A stretch of DNA of 63,710 nt from Octopus bimaculoides (Eukaryota). The notes under the pieces are model-generated. The model did no database searches and had not been told where the DNA came from. It saw nothing but the letters and a program-made list of their open reading frames with translations. A program made the translations under genes and the position numbers. This document shows, piece after piece, positions 50,799-63,710 of this stretch; positions within the stretch are counted from its first letter, which is position 1; each line of letters begins with the position of its first letter. The stretch spans positions 59,034,853 to 59,098,562 of the forward strand of contig NC_068985.1 of NCBI RefSeq assembly GCF_001194135.2. Direction: 5' to 3'.

Positions 50799-51329
50799 NN
50801 NNNNNNNNNNNNNNNNNNNNNNNNNNNNNNNNNNNNNNNNNNNNNNNNNNNNNNNNNNNNNNNNNNNNNNNNNNNNNNNNNNNNNNNNNNNNNNNNNNNN
50901 NNNNNNNNNNNNNNNNNNNNNNNNNNNNNNNNNNNNNNNNNNNNNNNNNNNNNNNNNNNNNNNNNNNNNNNNNNNNNNNNNNNNNNNNNNNNNNNNNNNN
51001 NNNNNNNNNNNNNNNNNNNNNNNNNNNNNNNNNNNNNNNNNNNNNNNNNNNNNNNNNNNNNNNNNNNNNNNNNNNNNNNNNNNNNNNNNNNNNNNNNNNN
51101 NNNNNNNNNNNNNNNNNNNNNNNNNNNNNNNNNNNNNNNNNNNNNNNNNNNNNNNNNNNNNNNNNNNNNNNNNNNNNNNNNNNNNNNNNNNNNNNNNNNN
51201 NNNNNNNNNNNNNNNNNNNNNNNNNNNNNNNNNNNNNNNNNNNNNNNNNNNNNNNNNNNNNNNNNNNNNNNNNNNNNNNNNNNNNNTATACACTTGCAGA
51301 ATACAGTCTTTACTCGCATGGAAGCATAC

Positions 51330-51380
<51 letters not shown>

Positions 51381-52189
51381 AATTTTCAATCAGCAATTTC
51401 AACAAACAATTTAAACTTTACACAACCTTAAACTTGTACGAAATCTTCAAATTTGCCTCCTGCATTATAATTACAACTTTGTATGTATAGGAAATTGTTA
51501 CTTGGTAGGTGTAATTAAAACAGTCTTGGATAGTCTGTTAAGTAGACATAGCTTTTGTAATTAATAATTCTATTCTGTTAATTAATTTTCCCTTCACAAA
51601 TTCGTTAGTGATCGACATTTGGAGCTTTTTCGTCCTTTATTGTGATTACAAATTCATTGATTATAATTTATTGTTGTTTGGTATGCATATTGATTTTATC
51701 TTGGATTGCCATGTAAAGAGGCGTAATTACTTGTTTGTTTGTTTTTAATATCTCCTTTCTTTTAATAAATCACAAACTCTGAAGTGATGGAAAAATCATG
51801 TTTTCTTATTTCGTTATGATTATAATTTCGTTATGATTATAATAAGTTAATATCGTGTGTAAGTATAATCAAATTTATGTTAGATCAATTAGATTGTTGG
51901 CATACGTTTTTTTTCCAAAATATTCGTTTTCTTTATATATTTACTTTGTCAGATAAGCATTAGTAATTGTTTTTCTTCATTCTCCCGCTTAAAACCCACA
52001 TTTTACTGTATATCTCTGATTCACTGTGATTAAACACATGGTTAATTTGGATGAAATATGAAAAACGATTGACCCTATAAATGAAAGATAAACCAAACGT
52101 ACGACAAAAGAAAAGTCAGCATTCAGTAGTTCGAATTTTCAAATGTTTTTAACTCTTACCTTCAAGCTAAGTGAAATAATTCGAAATAT

Positions 52190-52780
52190 GTTGCGATAAT
52201 GAAATTAGAAATAATCTCTATCCTGCACAAATCTCTTCTGACAGATATTGTAGTGAGACTGTTTAAGATAAAGTGGACAGAGCTATTGAACATGATCCTT
52301 AAAATAATAATTTTGGAAATGTTAAGGCATATTACTAATCTATCGAATTCCAGAAATGGCGATTATATCGTACTCACATTCTAATCAAGTGAGATGAAGA
52401 AGATAATTTTAATGATAAAGGCATCATTAGTGAATTGGTAACAGTAGAAACACCTAATCCATATGCTGAGCCAACATCTTTGGAAAATATTAAGAAGTGT
52501 ATGATTCGAGGCTCATGTGGCAATCTATATCTGTGCGTTTCGGAGATGCAGAATAATTAATATAGTAAAGTATTCTCTAAGGATGTCAGCGAGGAAACTC
52601 CAGCAGCTTCTCACAGCTGTTCAATGTATAGAAATTATCTAAGTGTAACATTATGCAAATTGGTAATAATGCATTTGACAACAGAGATAAAGTTCCTGAT
52701 AACAAATATGTCGGCAATAAGTTCAACTATCCTGTGAATCCGTATACATGTAAGATCTTGAGTAAAACCAATCAAGCATA
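52190..52780 (+). pseudogene. Helitron Rep (HUH) domain fossil
   Basis: TDIVVRLFKIKW...FGNVKAY...EFQKWRLYRTHILI (the EFQKRGLPHAHIL motif), then IISELV.VETPNP...KKCMIRGSCG...SKVFSKDVSEET...DNRD.VP.NKYVGNKFN, all in the expected order. Confidence 0.8.
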
Positions 52781-53649
52781 TCCCCAAAATCAAGCACACT
52801 CACGCGCATACACACATACACACACATATATAGCGATATAAATATTTAAAAATACGGGGAAAATCTCTTTAAATTGTTTAAATTATTTAAAGGTGTAAGC
52901 TTGTCTATTTCCATCGAAAATAAACATAGTTGGGAAAATATTCTAGATGTTCATTTGGATTTGGGTATGAGAGAATATCAACCATAACACAAACCCAATG
53001 ATAACCTTAAATACGTAAGTATATCTAAAAACTCAGATAATCCGAAAAATATTATTAATTCTTTATTTCAAAATATTACTCTTCGTGTATCTAGACTATC
53101 AGCTAATGAAGAGATTTTCAGGAATGAAAGGTACTGTAATTAGGTTTTAGTTGAATGAAAAGTACTGTAATAAGGCTCTAGTTGAAGCTGGATACAATGA
53201 TAAAATATTCTGTATTACTAAAAATGAAATCAAAGCACATATGAATAAGCTTTATGCTAACGACTGGTAATACAAAAAGTGGGTGTAAAACAAAGGACCT
53301 TGCCAAAGATAATGGAAATTACCTTCACCATGGCGTAAATCGTAATAAGAAGAACAATTACATAGTGGATAACGATATAATTTCAGATAAGCCCCATAAT
53401 GTACTTATTAATAGATCTTTTTAGGCAAGTGACCACTCCCCTAAGAGAAAAGCAACATCTAGACATATATTATGGTAAAATGCAGTCTTCGAATACAGAC
53501 AGCAACAAACATGCCAGCAAATTTTTTGCAGCATTGGAACTAGTATAGCCATATGTTTAATCGGTACAAAATTAGTTTTGCCCTTTCGAGAAGTAGAAAC
53601 ATGGTCCACATTATTGCGGCACAGGAATATTAAATCTAATATTAATTCC

Positions 53650-53845
53650 AAATTTTGGTACAAGGTCAGCAATTTCGAAGAGGAGGTAAGTTGATTTCAT
53701 CAGCTCTGGTGCTGAACTGGTACTTATTTTATCAATCCCGAAAGATAAAAGAGAAATTCAACCTTCGCGGAATTTGAACTCATGACGAAATGCCGCGAAG
53801 TATTTCACCTGGTATGCTAACGTTTCTGCCAGGCTGCTGCCTTAA
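53650..53845 (-). mobile_element. SINE family B
   Basis: GGTACTTATTTTATCAATCCCGAAAG...GCGGAATTTGAACTC...GCTAACGTTTCTGCCAG. Confidence 0.8.
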
Positions 53846-55137
53846 TTATTAAGCTAATGTTGATAATAATAACGTGCCTGGTGGTTATAATAACTATACC
53901 GATAGTGTTGAACGTAGCATGAATTACTCTAGGGAGATGATAAATACTTGTTTGTCTAACAATATCAGTGTAAACGATAATAAGACTACGGGAGATGGTT
54001 TAAGGGATATAACCGGACCCAAACCTCATTCGAAACATTTGAATCACGTGAAGAGAAGAATCTAATAACACACCCAATTTAACATATAGCGAAACTACTA
54101 ATACGTATTGATATAGTATTAATAAAGTAGAAGTACCTAATAATTCTAAAAGTAGCAAGCATAGCATTAATATTAATAAGCATCATTGTACCTCTGGGAA
54201 CAAATTATGTCTGCTTGAGGGACAATGCTTCAGAAAAAATATAGTTTATAGATGTACAGTAACGGCTGGTAGCATATTCACTTATTATATAGAGTTGTGT
54301 TCTACGGACTCTAACCAGAGAAGCGTAACCATCTTTCTTCGTTCAAAGACAAGGATAAACTGAATTGTACATTCTACAATGAATTCATTTTACTTTTAAA
54401 TGATGACACACTAAATTTGATATTAAAAGGGCAATAATTCGTAGAGCATCAACATATACATACTACTGGGACTCGAAGTGTAATTTATGCTCAGAAGAAA
54501 TATTCCATATCTTTAGCTTTAGCTCTAGCTATAGATTATTTGTAACGAATTAGCTCTGAGATGTGTTCATTGTTTACTGGAAAGCATTTAAGTACTTTCT
54601 AAATAGTGGTTTTTAATAAAACACCATGTAGGTTGAAATATAAGTTAACCTATTCAAATATCGTAAAATTACTCCATATAGATTTTAACAATGTCACAAT
54701 AAATCACATTCCCTTCTTATTTTTAATTTTTCATTTATTTCCACTTTCGTTTGATTTCTTTTAATCTATCTAAAAATCATTCTAAGTTTAAATAATACCG
54801 GAATCTATAACAAAATCGTATTTCAATGCAATTTCTACTACGTAGATTACGTTTTCTTTGCTTTTTTTGTGTTTTGTTTTATTTTGTGTTTTTGATGATT
54901 TCGTCACCGAAATTATACTTTAAGAAGGACTATCAGAAACTGAATTCCTCAGTTCGCTTCAGACATTCGTATGGATACAGCGTTGAAAAAAGCTGCATAG
55001 CTATTTCTACATTTCTTATATAAAACAGTTGTTTTGGGGGAGATTTGTTTAGAAGAAGGGAACATTGTTTTTTTTCTTTGGGGTGACGTTCCATTGACAA
55101 TGGAGATGGACAGATAGAAATATAGATAGGTAAATAG

Positions 55138-55180
<43 letters not shown>

Positions 55181-56964
55181 NNNNNNNNNNNNNNNNNNNN
55201 NNNNNNNNNNNNNNNNNNNNNNNNNNNNNNNNNNNNNNNNNNNNNNNNNNNNNNNNNNNNNNNNNNNNNNNNNNNNNNNNNNNNNNNNNNNNNNNNNNNN
55301 NNNNNNNNNNNNNNNNNNNNNNNNNNNNNNNNNNNNNNNNNNNNNNNNNNNNNNNNNNNNNNNNNNNNNNNNNNNNNNNNNNNNNNNNNNNNNNNNNNNN
55401 NNNNNNNNNNNNNNNNNNNNNNNNNNNNNNNNNNNNNNNNNNNNNNNNNNNNNNNNNNNNNNNNNNNNNNNNNNNNNNNNNNNNNNNNNNNNNNNNNNNN
55501 NNNNNNNNNNNNNNNNNNNNNNNNNNNNNNNNNNNNNNNNNNNNNNNNNNNNNNNNNNNNNNNNNNNNNNNNNNNNNNNNNNNNNNNNNNNNNNNNNNNN
55601 NNNNNNNNNNNNNNNNNNNNNNNNNNNNNNNNNNNNNNNNNNNNNNNNNNNNNNNNNNNNNNNNNNNNNNNNNNNNNNNNNNNNNNNNNNNNNNNNNNNN
55701 NNNNNNNNNNNNNNNNNNNNNNNNNNNNNNNNNNNNNNNNNNNNNNNNNNNNNNNNNNNNNNNNNNNNNNNNNNNNNNNNNNNNNNNNNNNNNNNNNNNN
55801 NNNNNNNNNNNNNNNNNNNNNNNNNNNNNNNNNNNNNNNNNNNNNNNNNNNNNNNNNNNNNNNNNNNNNNNNNNNNNNNNNNNNNNNNNNNNNNNNNNNN
55901 NNNNNNNNNNNNNNNNNNNNNNNNNNNNNNNNNNNNNNNNNNNNNNNNNNNNNNNNNNNNNNNNNNNNNNNNNNNNNNNNNNNNNNNNNNNNNNNNNNNN
56001 NNNNNNNNNNNNNNNNNNNNNNNNNNNNNNNNNNNNNNNNNNNNNNNNNNNNACGCTTCCTTGATGATTGCTTCATCTTCTAGGACAGATTGAATGAAGA
56101 TATAAGTATATTTAAACATTAGGGTGCACGGCACGAGGAGAGCAAAGTTCCTCCAAGATGGTAGTTGTTTAACGTTTCAAGAAAATAGTTTTTTTATTGC
56201 TTTTTGATATTAGCCCTTCATTAAGAGAAAGAGAGACAGAGAGACAGAGAGAAAGAAAGAAAGAAAGAAACAAACAAACAAACAAACAAACAAACAAACA
56301 AACAAAGAAATCAGTATGGAGAAGTAAGACAGAAGAATTTTTTTAGTGATTATATCAAGGGTTAGAAACCAAGAGAAAATTCTTTTCTTTTGAAGGATTA
56401 TCAGAAATGCAAGAAGGAACGTGTATTCAGTTGTAACTGTCAGAATGCATGTGTCTGGAGACGTATGTAAGGTGGAGTGGTGCGTGTTAGTATGGATATA
56501 TATATGTGAATATATAGTGGGAGTGGAAATGCTGGTTTGGTGCGTCTGCAATTTTAAATTGGATGACAAAAGGGCGTATATGTGACGAGGTTGAAATGTA
56601 TGCGATTAAGGAATAAAGCTATTGATGAAGGGAGCACATAGATGGTAAGTGGAACGTGAAAGTTTCTGTTCACATGCATTCTAATGTACAATATAAGTAC
56701 ATGCGGATGAGAAAAGTATTTTTAACAAAGAAACAAGGTTGAAATTCAAATTTTCAAATGAGAGAAATAATTAAAATTGTTTGAAAGTAACTAAACATGA
56801 AAAAAAAATTTAATACAATTGTAAACTGCCCAAAGAATTCGTAGTATTTCTAGAAAACGACTGAAGTGACCAAGGAAACCTTTACGTATGCGTTTACATA
56901 GTTAAACAGTGTCAGCCCTAAAGAATTTGAAGAGTTCCATTTTTTTACTTGTCAGTATAATAGT

Positions 56965-57176
56965 TTTCTACTCTAGGCACAAGGCCCGAAATTTTGTGGG
57001 AGGGGAGGCAGTCGATTAGATCGACCCCAGTATGCAAATGGTATTTATTTTATGGACCCTGAAAGGATGAAAGGTAAAGTCGACCTCGGCGGAATTTGAA
57101 CTCAAAACGTAAAGACAGACGAAATATCCCTAAGCATTTCGCCCGGCGTGCTAACGCTTCTGCCACCTCACCACCT
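56965..57176 (-). mobile_element. SINE family B, near full length
   Basis: GAAAGGATGAAAGGTAAAGTCGACCTCGGCGGAATTTGAACTC...CATTTCGCCCGGCGTGCTAACGCTTCTGCCA. Confidence 0.9.
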
Positions 57177-59499
57177 TTTGTCAGCAAAATATTGTGAAAT
57201 GAGAGGAGTGCCTATCTTTCAGAATCTGCGGACAGTAGATGGAATGTTCAATGCAAAGTTTAGAGAAGCTGTAGAGCAATGAAATCTATAATAATAAACG
57301 CGAAATTCTGTCTGGGACCCGTGTATCTCAGTCTGCATTTGCTCTACATATACATTATATCTTTTTGGAATTAGGATAGACCCAAGATTAAAAATCTGAA
57401 CATCCAGCATGAAGGTCTGATTTAAAAGCATTCGAGTTGCTATTTCTTGCAGGCAAATCTTGGTTGATTAACGCCATCCTGGTTAGCGTTTGTCCGATGA
57501 AGTCATAAATCAAGTGGGAGATAAATGATATTCGCTTCGTTAATTTTACGTCGGGATAAGAATTTTGAGACAAATTGGCCAGCAGTTGGAATTCAAATCG
57601 GGACTGGAACAATAGAATGATTCTATTACAGAATTAACTCTTATCTGTCCTTAACTCAGACCAAACACCACCGGGGTATATAGTCATTATAAATGTTTTA
57701 CAGTCATGCTATTTAGCCCTCTTTAGTTTTGGATCGCACCTCCAACTAGCCCTCCGCAGTAGCAAGCTTACTAGTCTGTACGGAGTGCAGCTTTTAAGCT
57801 AGTTTAATAATAAATTTCACTACATTACTGTCTTCTACCAGACATGTCGTGTCCTACTATGCACAACTCTATCAATTGTTTGAAGAACACAGAATGCAAG
57901 ATTTTATACCAAAATTTTATAAAACAAATCATTTTCTTTATAAAAAGCAATAAAACTGCTTAAAAAAAGGCATAAAATACTTCATGAATGCATAGGTTTA
58001 GTTCCTTATCAACATATCTTTATCCTTGGAATTGATTAGCATAATTTTGCTCATCGATAACAATTACTTCAAACAGATGAAATCAATGTGAGTGTTTAAA
58101 TGCTTGGGTTTAGACAAACAAAAATATGTGGCTTCATTATCACTGTCGTCAATAATGACATCACTGTCACAACGTCTTCTTCACTCATAGGTCAGGAGTA
58201 TTAGGCACGTCTTATTTGTATATTACTCTGATCGGTTACTAGAGAAGACAAACAAGAGAACTCTTCGCTTAACAGCTAGAGGAATAGTGGCAGATTTGTT
58301 AGATGAACGAACATCACACATCTAAATTAGATTTCTCGTCACTATCCTGGATATATAAACATCTATGAAAATTGCTATCAGCGAATCATATTGTACCCGC
58401 CAAGCTTCTGTCCTCATAATCGCTGAAGATTTAGGTGCTCCGGCTATTGCGATGCAAGAGGCAGTCAAAGAACTACGGCAGGATGGTCAGTAGCCACGAT
58501 TGTTCCTATGTAGATTTACCAGCAGAAAGTCTCTGTCGATCATCTGGTGCCAATTCAATTTGAGATTTTGTATGTGCTATTGCTCCTGAGGGTTCCAATT
58601 AAGGACTTTATTGACGAATATGGTTACCGAGTTTCTTACATGTCCCAACCAACTCAGTCGGCGATTAAAGATAGTGGTAGTCACCAGGCTTTTGTATGCA
58701 CTTCTCTTTGCCCTAGTAACTTGTCCCTAATAAAGTCATTTTATTTCATATCAAGTATATTCCGGGTCATCTGCTATCAAAATCGTCCAGCTGCTTTCCT
58801 TAGTTGGTTAGTAAGTGCCAGATAGAAGCGTCCTCGATATTTTGCAGTGTTTTCAGAATAACTAATATATATCTACATGAGATAATGGGGGAGGGCAAAC
58901 CGTCTGAAACCAAGAATGGGGACTTCTGTCAAACAGCAAATGTGATTCCGAAAGGTCCGACTGCTTGTTTTGAAATATGTATCATTCCTTTGAAAAAAAC
59001 ATGAATAATTTTAATCGCATGAGAGCAACAGTTGAAAATGAAATTCTGTGTAGGTTCTAAAAAGTTGGAAATAGCGGTGATATTAGATGGTAATCGTATT
59101 CGAATTTCGTTGCTCAATTTCGAATTTTCATGTAAATATAAACTGAAAATGACAAGATAAATTTTGATTACAGGTTACATATTAGCTTGTGTGTAGTTAT
59201 ATCCTAGTAAGAGTAAGCGCGATAAAATACATGGAAGGGATCTAATCACTGTACGGAAAAACAGGAGTTATATATCATGCAATTGTGTGTAACATTTAAG
59301 GCAACAGTAGACATTCGTTTTTTTTTTTTAGTTCATTTTCTAATCTCTCATATAATCTATACTACATGCCATATGCACACAAGTTTGAGAGGTTCGCAAC
59401 ACATTGCTCTGCCTTTTTTTAATTTTTTTTGCTGTTTAGCACCAGGTTACCCATTACGGATTAGAGACAGGACTAAAAGGAATGCCACCCTGTCTCATA

Positions 59500-60775
59500 C
59501 AGGTGTCACAAAGTTTTACCAATTGATATTTTTTAATTATTCAAAAAATACTTAAGGTAGGATAATGAACGCCGGCACACACGTTCTAATCTAACTTTCA
59601 ATCCATTGCAATAATTACATTTCGAAATGACCACCCTTCGCCTCGATCATAGCCTGCAAACGAGTCGTCACTGATTTGAATGAGCGCCGTACCAACTTCA
59701 TCCAACTTGACCCATGAAGACAGTATATTTTTCAGATCTAACACATTTGAATATAAACGAGCAAAAACATTACTCTCTAAGATGAAACAGATAGCAAAGA
59801 TCATGTCACAAAAACGACTGCAATGCTCTTTGCACCACCTCTGTGTCAAATTGGATGTTTAGGCCAGATCCCATCTTGAATGTAGATGTAACGGTCACCA
59901 AACCTTTCTTGTGACCCAGGATAACACTTTCTCATTCAATATTTCTACATAAATTTCACTGTTGACCTTGACACCAGCATCGTTGAAGATCAAAGGAGAC
60001 TTGAACCCTTCATATGCAACTGCGGCTGACATCATGGAGAAGCTGGCTTCTGACGGTGTAAATGACTCCTGCTACCTTCGGACAAGTATCCTGCATTACG
60101 TGCATAAAGCCTGACATTCTGCCCATTGGTAACTGCCTCCACAGTGAAGATGTCGTCGGACCAAATAAACATTTTCTTAGTGGTGCGCTTCATCTCAGCT
60201 AATATGGTTTTACCCCTGTCGAGCCGTTTCTTGTTGGAAACTGCTGAAATTAACTGCTGGGATTGTTTCTTGCATGCAGTTAGCTTGAAATCTTCATTTA
60301 AAATTCTGAGCATTGATTATTTCCAAATATCAAGAGCTTTTGCAGTTTTTCTCTTTTATTTTATTTTCTTTTTCTTTTTTGCATTTCTACGGGGGAATTC
60401 AGTTCATTCGCTTCTTCACGATTTCACCATCTTGTTTGGCACGAATTGATCTTTTACTAGATTATTTAATATGAATTGATCGTTTGGCTTGCTAGAAGAA
60501 GTAGCGGACTCCGTATATCGTTTCTGGCTATCGAACACTGTTTCACGGCACACATTCAAATGTTTTGTTATGACCTTGTTGCTCACTCCAGTTGTTTTCA
60601 AAACGACAATCAGTTCATGTTTTGCTTTTGGTGCCATGTTTGTTTACAAACCTGTTATGTACGAACGAAACAATAGATACACGCAGATCTTTATGTAAAA
60701 TGTACATAATATTACTTGAAACGATATTCTTTAGGTAGAGTTTCACACATGGGTAAATCTTTCTGGGACACCCTG
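59500..60775 (-). mobile_element. Full-length decayed Tc1/mariner (DD37D/maT-like) transposon
   Basis: TA-flanked degenerate TIRs (CAGGTGTCACAAAG.. / ..CTGGGACACCCTG). Reverse-strand MAPKAKHELIV...HLNVCRETVF, FIWSD.IFTVEAVTN.QN.R, GVKVNSEIY, TQRWCKEH and EGW(S)F motifs. Confidence 0.85.
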
Positions 60776-61909
60776 TACATCTTTTTAATTATTTTCTATT
60801 TTTAGCAGGTCTAGCGACAATGTAAAAGCTTGTGTGTCCTGTTGTATACATGAGTAGTGTACATTATTAGAAAGCATTTTTCTTATTTTTCTTTCATTTA
60901 ATTCTAGATTCTACTCTTGCGGTGCATAACTCACAAAGAGGGGAATTTCAGTCGCAGATTGTGCTGAAAGATGTGAACAAGCATGACGTTTTGTCATTGT
61001 TTTGTTCATCTTGCATGCAAATATTTTAAACCGATTCTTGGGAATTGTGAAAGGATTTACAATAAATTTAATTCCCAATAATAATATAATCTAATGTTTA
61101 AAATTAAGTGTTAAAAGATTGTTTTATTTTTAGTCTGTTTAAACTATGTAGGATTATTGTGAAATTTATCGTCACAAAATACTTTTTATAAACCTTACAT
61201 AGCGTCACAAACTATAAAACTTCAACACAAATATAAATTAAAAGAATATATTCACATTCATTACACAAAACACAAAATAACTTAAAATTTCATTGCAAGT
61301 TTATTTTGTATTACATGGTTTATAACTCGAGCCATTCAATAAATTAACATAAAACACAATTAATTCTGTGCATAGAGAATTTTTATTTTTTAACAGATGA
61401 AATATGTTTATTTGTTTGTATGTTTTTTGTTACTGTTTACAATAAATTTTCTGAAGTACAAACAAGGACAGTTCAAATTTTACAAAAATAATTACTTTTT
61501 AATAACTTGAAATTTCACTCGTGTCGGGTCACAATGGAAGTAGAAATGAAAATCTCCGCTGCTATGCATTGCCTAAAAGAATTCATAATGCTTCAGTTCC
61601 ATCGCGAATGCAAATTTGCTTTAAATGTGTCAAAACTATGGTAGCTATCAAATATAATCAGCACTCTAATTAACTTGCTATTATTAAAGCGTTCTGCATT
61701 TATTGCAAACACTCCTACAAACATTTCAGCGTTGAATATCCTTATTGTCATAGTGTTTATTGTTAAGTTAAAGGAGGATAGAGGAGCAGAGATGATAACA
61801 ATGTAGCTACTCCGAGAAGCGTAGCATTGAAACACCTGACCCGTCAACCTCCTCAAGTAAAGTAAAAAAATAAAGCTCTTTTCAGAGCCATATAGACTTA
61901 TAGGATTGG

Positions 61910-62108
61910 TCTTCCCAGATTCTCTGGCGTATATACTCCCCTCCTCAGGATTGAACGCTGGTCCGTCACAAGAATAATCATCTTCGCCAGCTGGGTGGGC
62001 TTAAAATGATTTTGCTCAAGAACACAACGCATCACCTGGTTCAGAAATCGAAACCGCAATCTTACAATCAGACGTCCAACACCCTAATCACTAAGCGACG
62101 CTCCTCCA
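61910..62108 (-). mobile_element. tRNA-derived SINE, family C
   Basis: Reverse strand GGAGGAGCGTCGCTTAGTGATTAGGGTG...GGTTTCGATTTC...GCGTTGTGTTCTTGAGCAAAA (A/B boxes plus CORE-like segment). Confidence 0.7.
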
Positions 62109-62518
62109 GTTCAGGTAAGTTAACTACCAAAAATAAATGGACAGGCAGGAATCCTTGCCCCTGTAAACTCTGTTAGAAGTGTCAAAGGAGCAGGTGGCCG
62201 TGTAAAAGCTAGAAGTGTGTTAAATGTGCCATCTCTGTTTTACCTTTTTATTACTGTTGTCTGTTATAAGATGCAGAGACCATCTCCTTTGCAGAGCCTC
62301 CAGAACCGACATGAGATTAACGAGGTTGATAGCCATGGAAAGCTTACATGTCGGCTATGAAACTATGGTGAAGAAAAGTTATTCAAAATGGTTTGTGGAA
62401 GTCTAGTGGATGGGCACAAATAAATGGGAGACACGGGATAGGTATGTAGGTGAGGAGTACACATTGGAGTTGTATCAAGGTATCAGACAACTCCAGAGAG
62501 CAAAGGTCATACATATTA

Positions 62519-62850
62519 TTTTATTCTTTTACTTCAGTCATTTTACTGCGGTCATGCTGGAGCACAAATCAACCCCAGGACTTATATTTTTAAAACCTAC
62601 GACTTATTCTATCGGTCTATTTTGCAGGACCTCTACATTACGGGGGCGTAAACACACCAACATTGGCTCTCAAGCAATGAAGTGGAAACAAACACACAGA
62701 TTTATATAAATGCGGCGGGCTTCTTTTAGTTTCCGTCGACCAAATCCAATAACAAGGCTTTGGTTAAGCCGTAGCTATATGAGAAGACACCGACACAAGG
62801 TGCAACGCAGTTGGACTGAACCCGGGGACGTATGGTTGGAAAGCAAGCAT
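62519..62850 (-). mobile_element. SINE family A, decayed (second partial tail at ~62890-63030)
   Basis: CAGTCATTTTACTGCGGTCATGCTGGAGCAC...GGACTGAACCCGG; collinear with 10721-11120. Confidence 0.85.
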
Positions 62851-63710
62851 ATATATGCATGTAAATATGTATAAATGTATATTTTTTCATCTTTTGTTTT
62901 TTACTTGTTTCACTCACTGGACTGCGACCACGTTGTAGAATCAAATTCACGTTGTAGAACAAATCAACTCCCATAGTTTTCTTTTTCTTAAGTCTAGTGC
63001 TTATATCGGTTTTGTTTTTCGATAACGCTAAAGTTTATAATTAAAGAATTAAAGTTTAGAACATAGGCATTCAATATAGTATCCAAACCTTGTTTCAATG
63101 TAACTCACAGTTAGTGTTCCTGCAGAGAACATTCACCAGTTATGGCTTCCAGGCGTCATCAGCGACACTGTGCGTTTGTTCTTCGATCTATGTCCGGAAT
63201 TTCGAGAGTATATTTCAAATTATTTATACGGAAGACGGAGTGTAACTAGAAGTATTTATTAGCACAACAACCTTTCGGTTTCATTCTGCAATGATCCCTA
63301 GTGGGTGTGGGGTGGTATATTTTCTGTTTGGTTGCTAGCGGCTGCCAGCGTCAATTGTCTGTTCGAAATGATTTCATATTCAATGTAATGATACACTTCT
63401 ATAAGCTAATTAAGGACATGAAAGTAATTTTAGCTATAAATCAATAAAGAATTAGTTATTAGGAATTAAAGTGTGATAATTTTGGTCATCTTAGCCAATC
63501 GTAAGCCACAAATACATTCATGTCTGTTTTGATAGTAGTAAGCGGAAAACATGAGAACGCTTTTGACTGTTGCTATAGTAACTGTCTTTGAAACGTCTGC
63601 GGGGAAGCACGTGTTCAGAGTAGTCAACCGAGGAAGTGTCCTACCTGAGCAGCGGGTCTTCGTGGTAGTGTGACGCGAGACCAGATAGATCTTTTCTGTA
63701 TACATATTTA

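Noticed and set aside
3691-56134. Long ORFs in the supplied track containing X runs or YI/CV/TH/ER/N/I/Y homopolymers
   Set aside because: They are translations of N-gaps and microsatellites, not genes.
58180-59120. Possible transposase or host exon in unique-looking sequence
   Set aside because: All frames are interrupted and I recognise no motif.

Overview
AT-rich, microsatellite-dense eukaryotic repeat landscape with about 16 N-gaps (~7.5 kb in total). I cannot identify any intact host protein-coding gene, rRNA or true tRNA gene. The SINE families, retroelement types and (TA)n/(CA)n/(AAT)n/(CATA)n load suggest an Octopus/coleoid intergenic or intronic region; this is an inference from recalled repeat families, not a database result. 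Recognisable content: decayed CR1/L2-type and RTE-type LINEs, R4/Dong-type restriction-like-endonuclease retrotransposons sitting in (TAA)n tracts (one near full length), several Penelope-like (GIY-YIG) fragments, Tc1/mariner fossils (DD34D, DD37D/maT-like), a non-autonomous Helitron carrying telomere-like repeats, a Helitron Rep fossil and at least three tRNA-derived SINE families. Best candidate for something new: a 454-bp element (47120-47573) with 128-bp inverted arms. Each arm folds as a type I hammerhead-ribozyme-like motif, and the arms enclose the start of a Penelope-like ORF, so it looks like a MITE-like Penelope derivative with twin divergent hammerheads. The window also holds many young inverted duplications, some of which may be assembly artefacts. 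Nearly all long ORFs in the supplied track are microsatellite or N-gap artefacts. All alignments and folds were done by eye.
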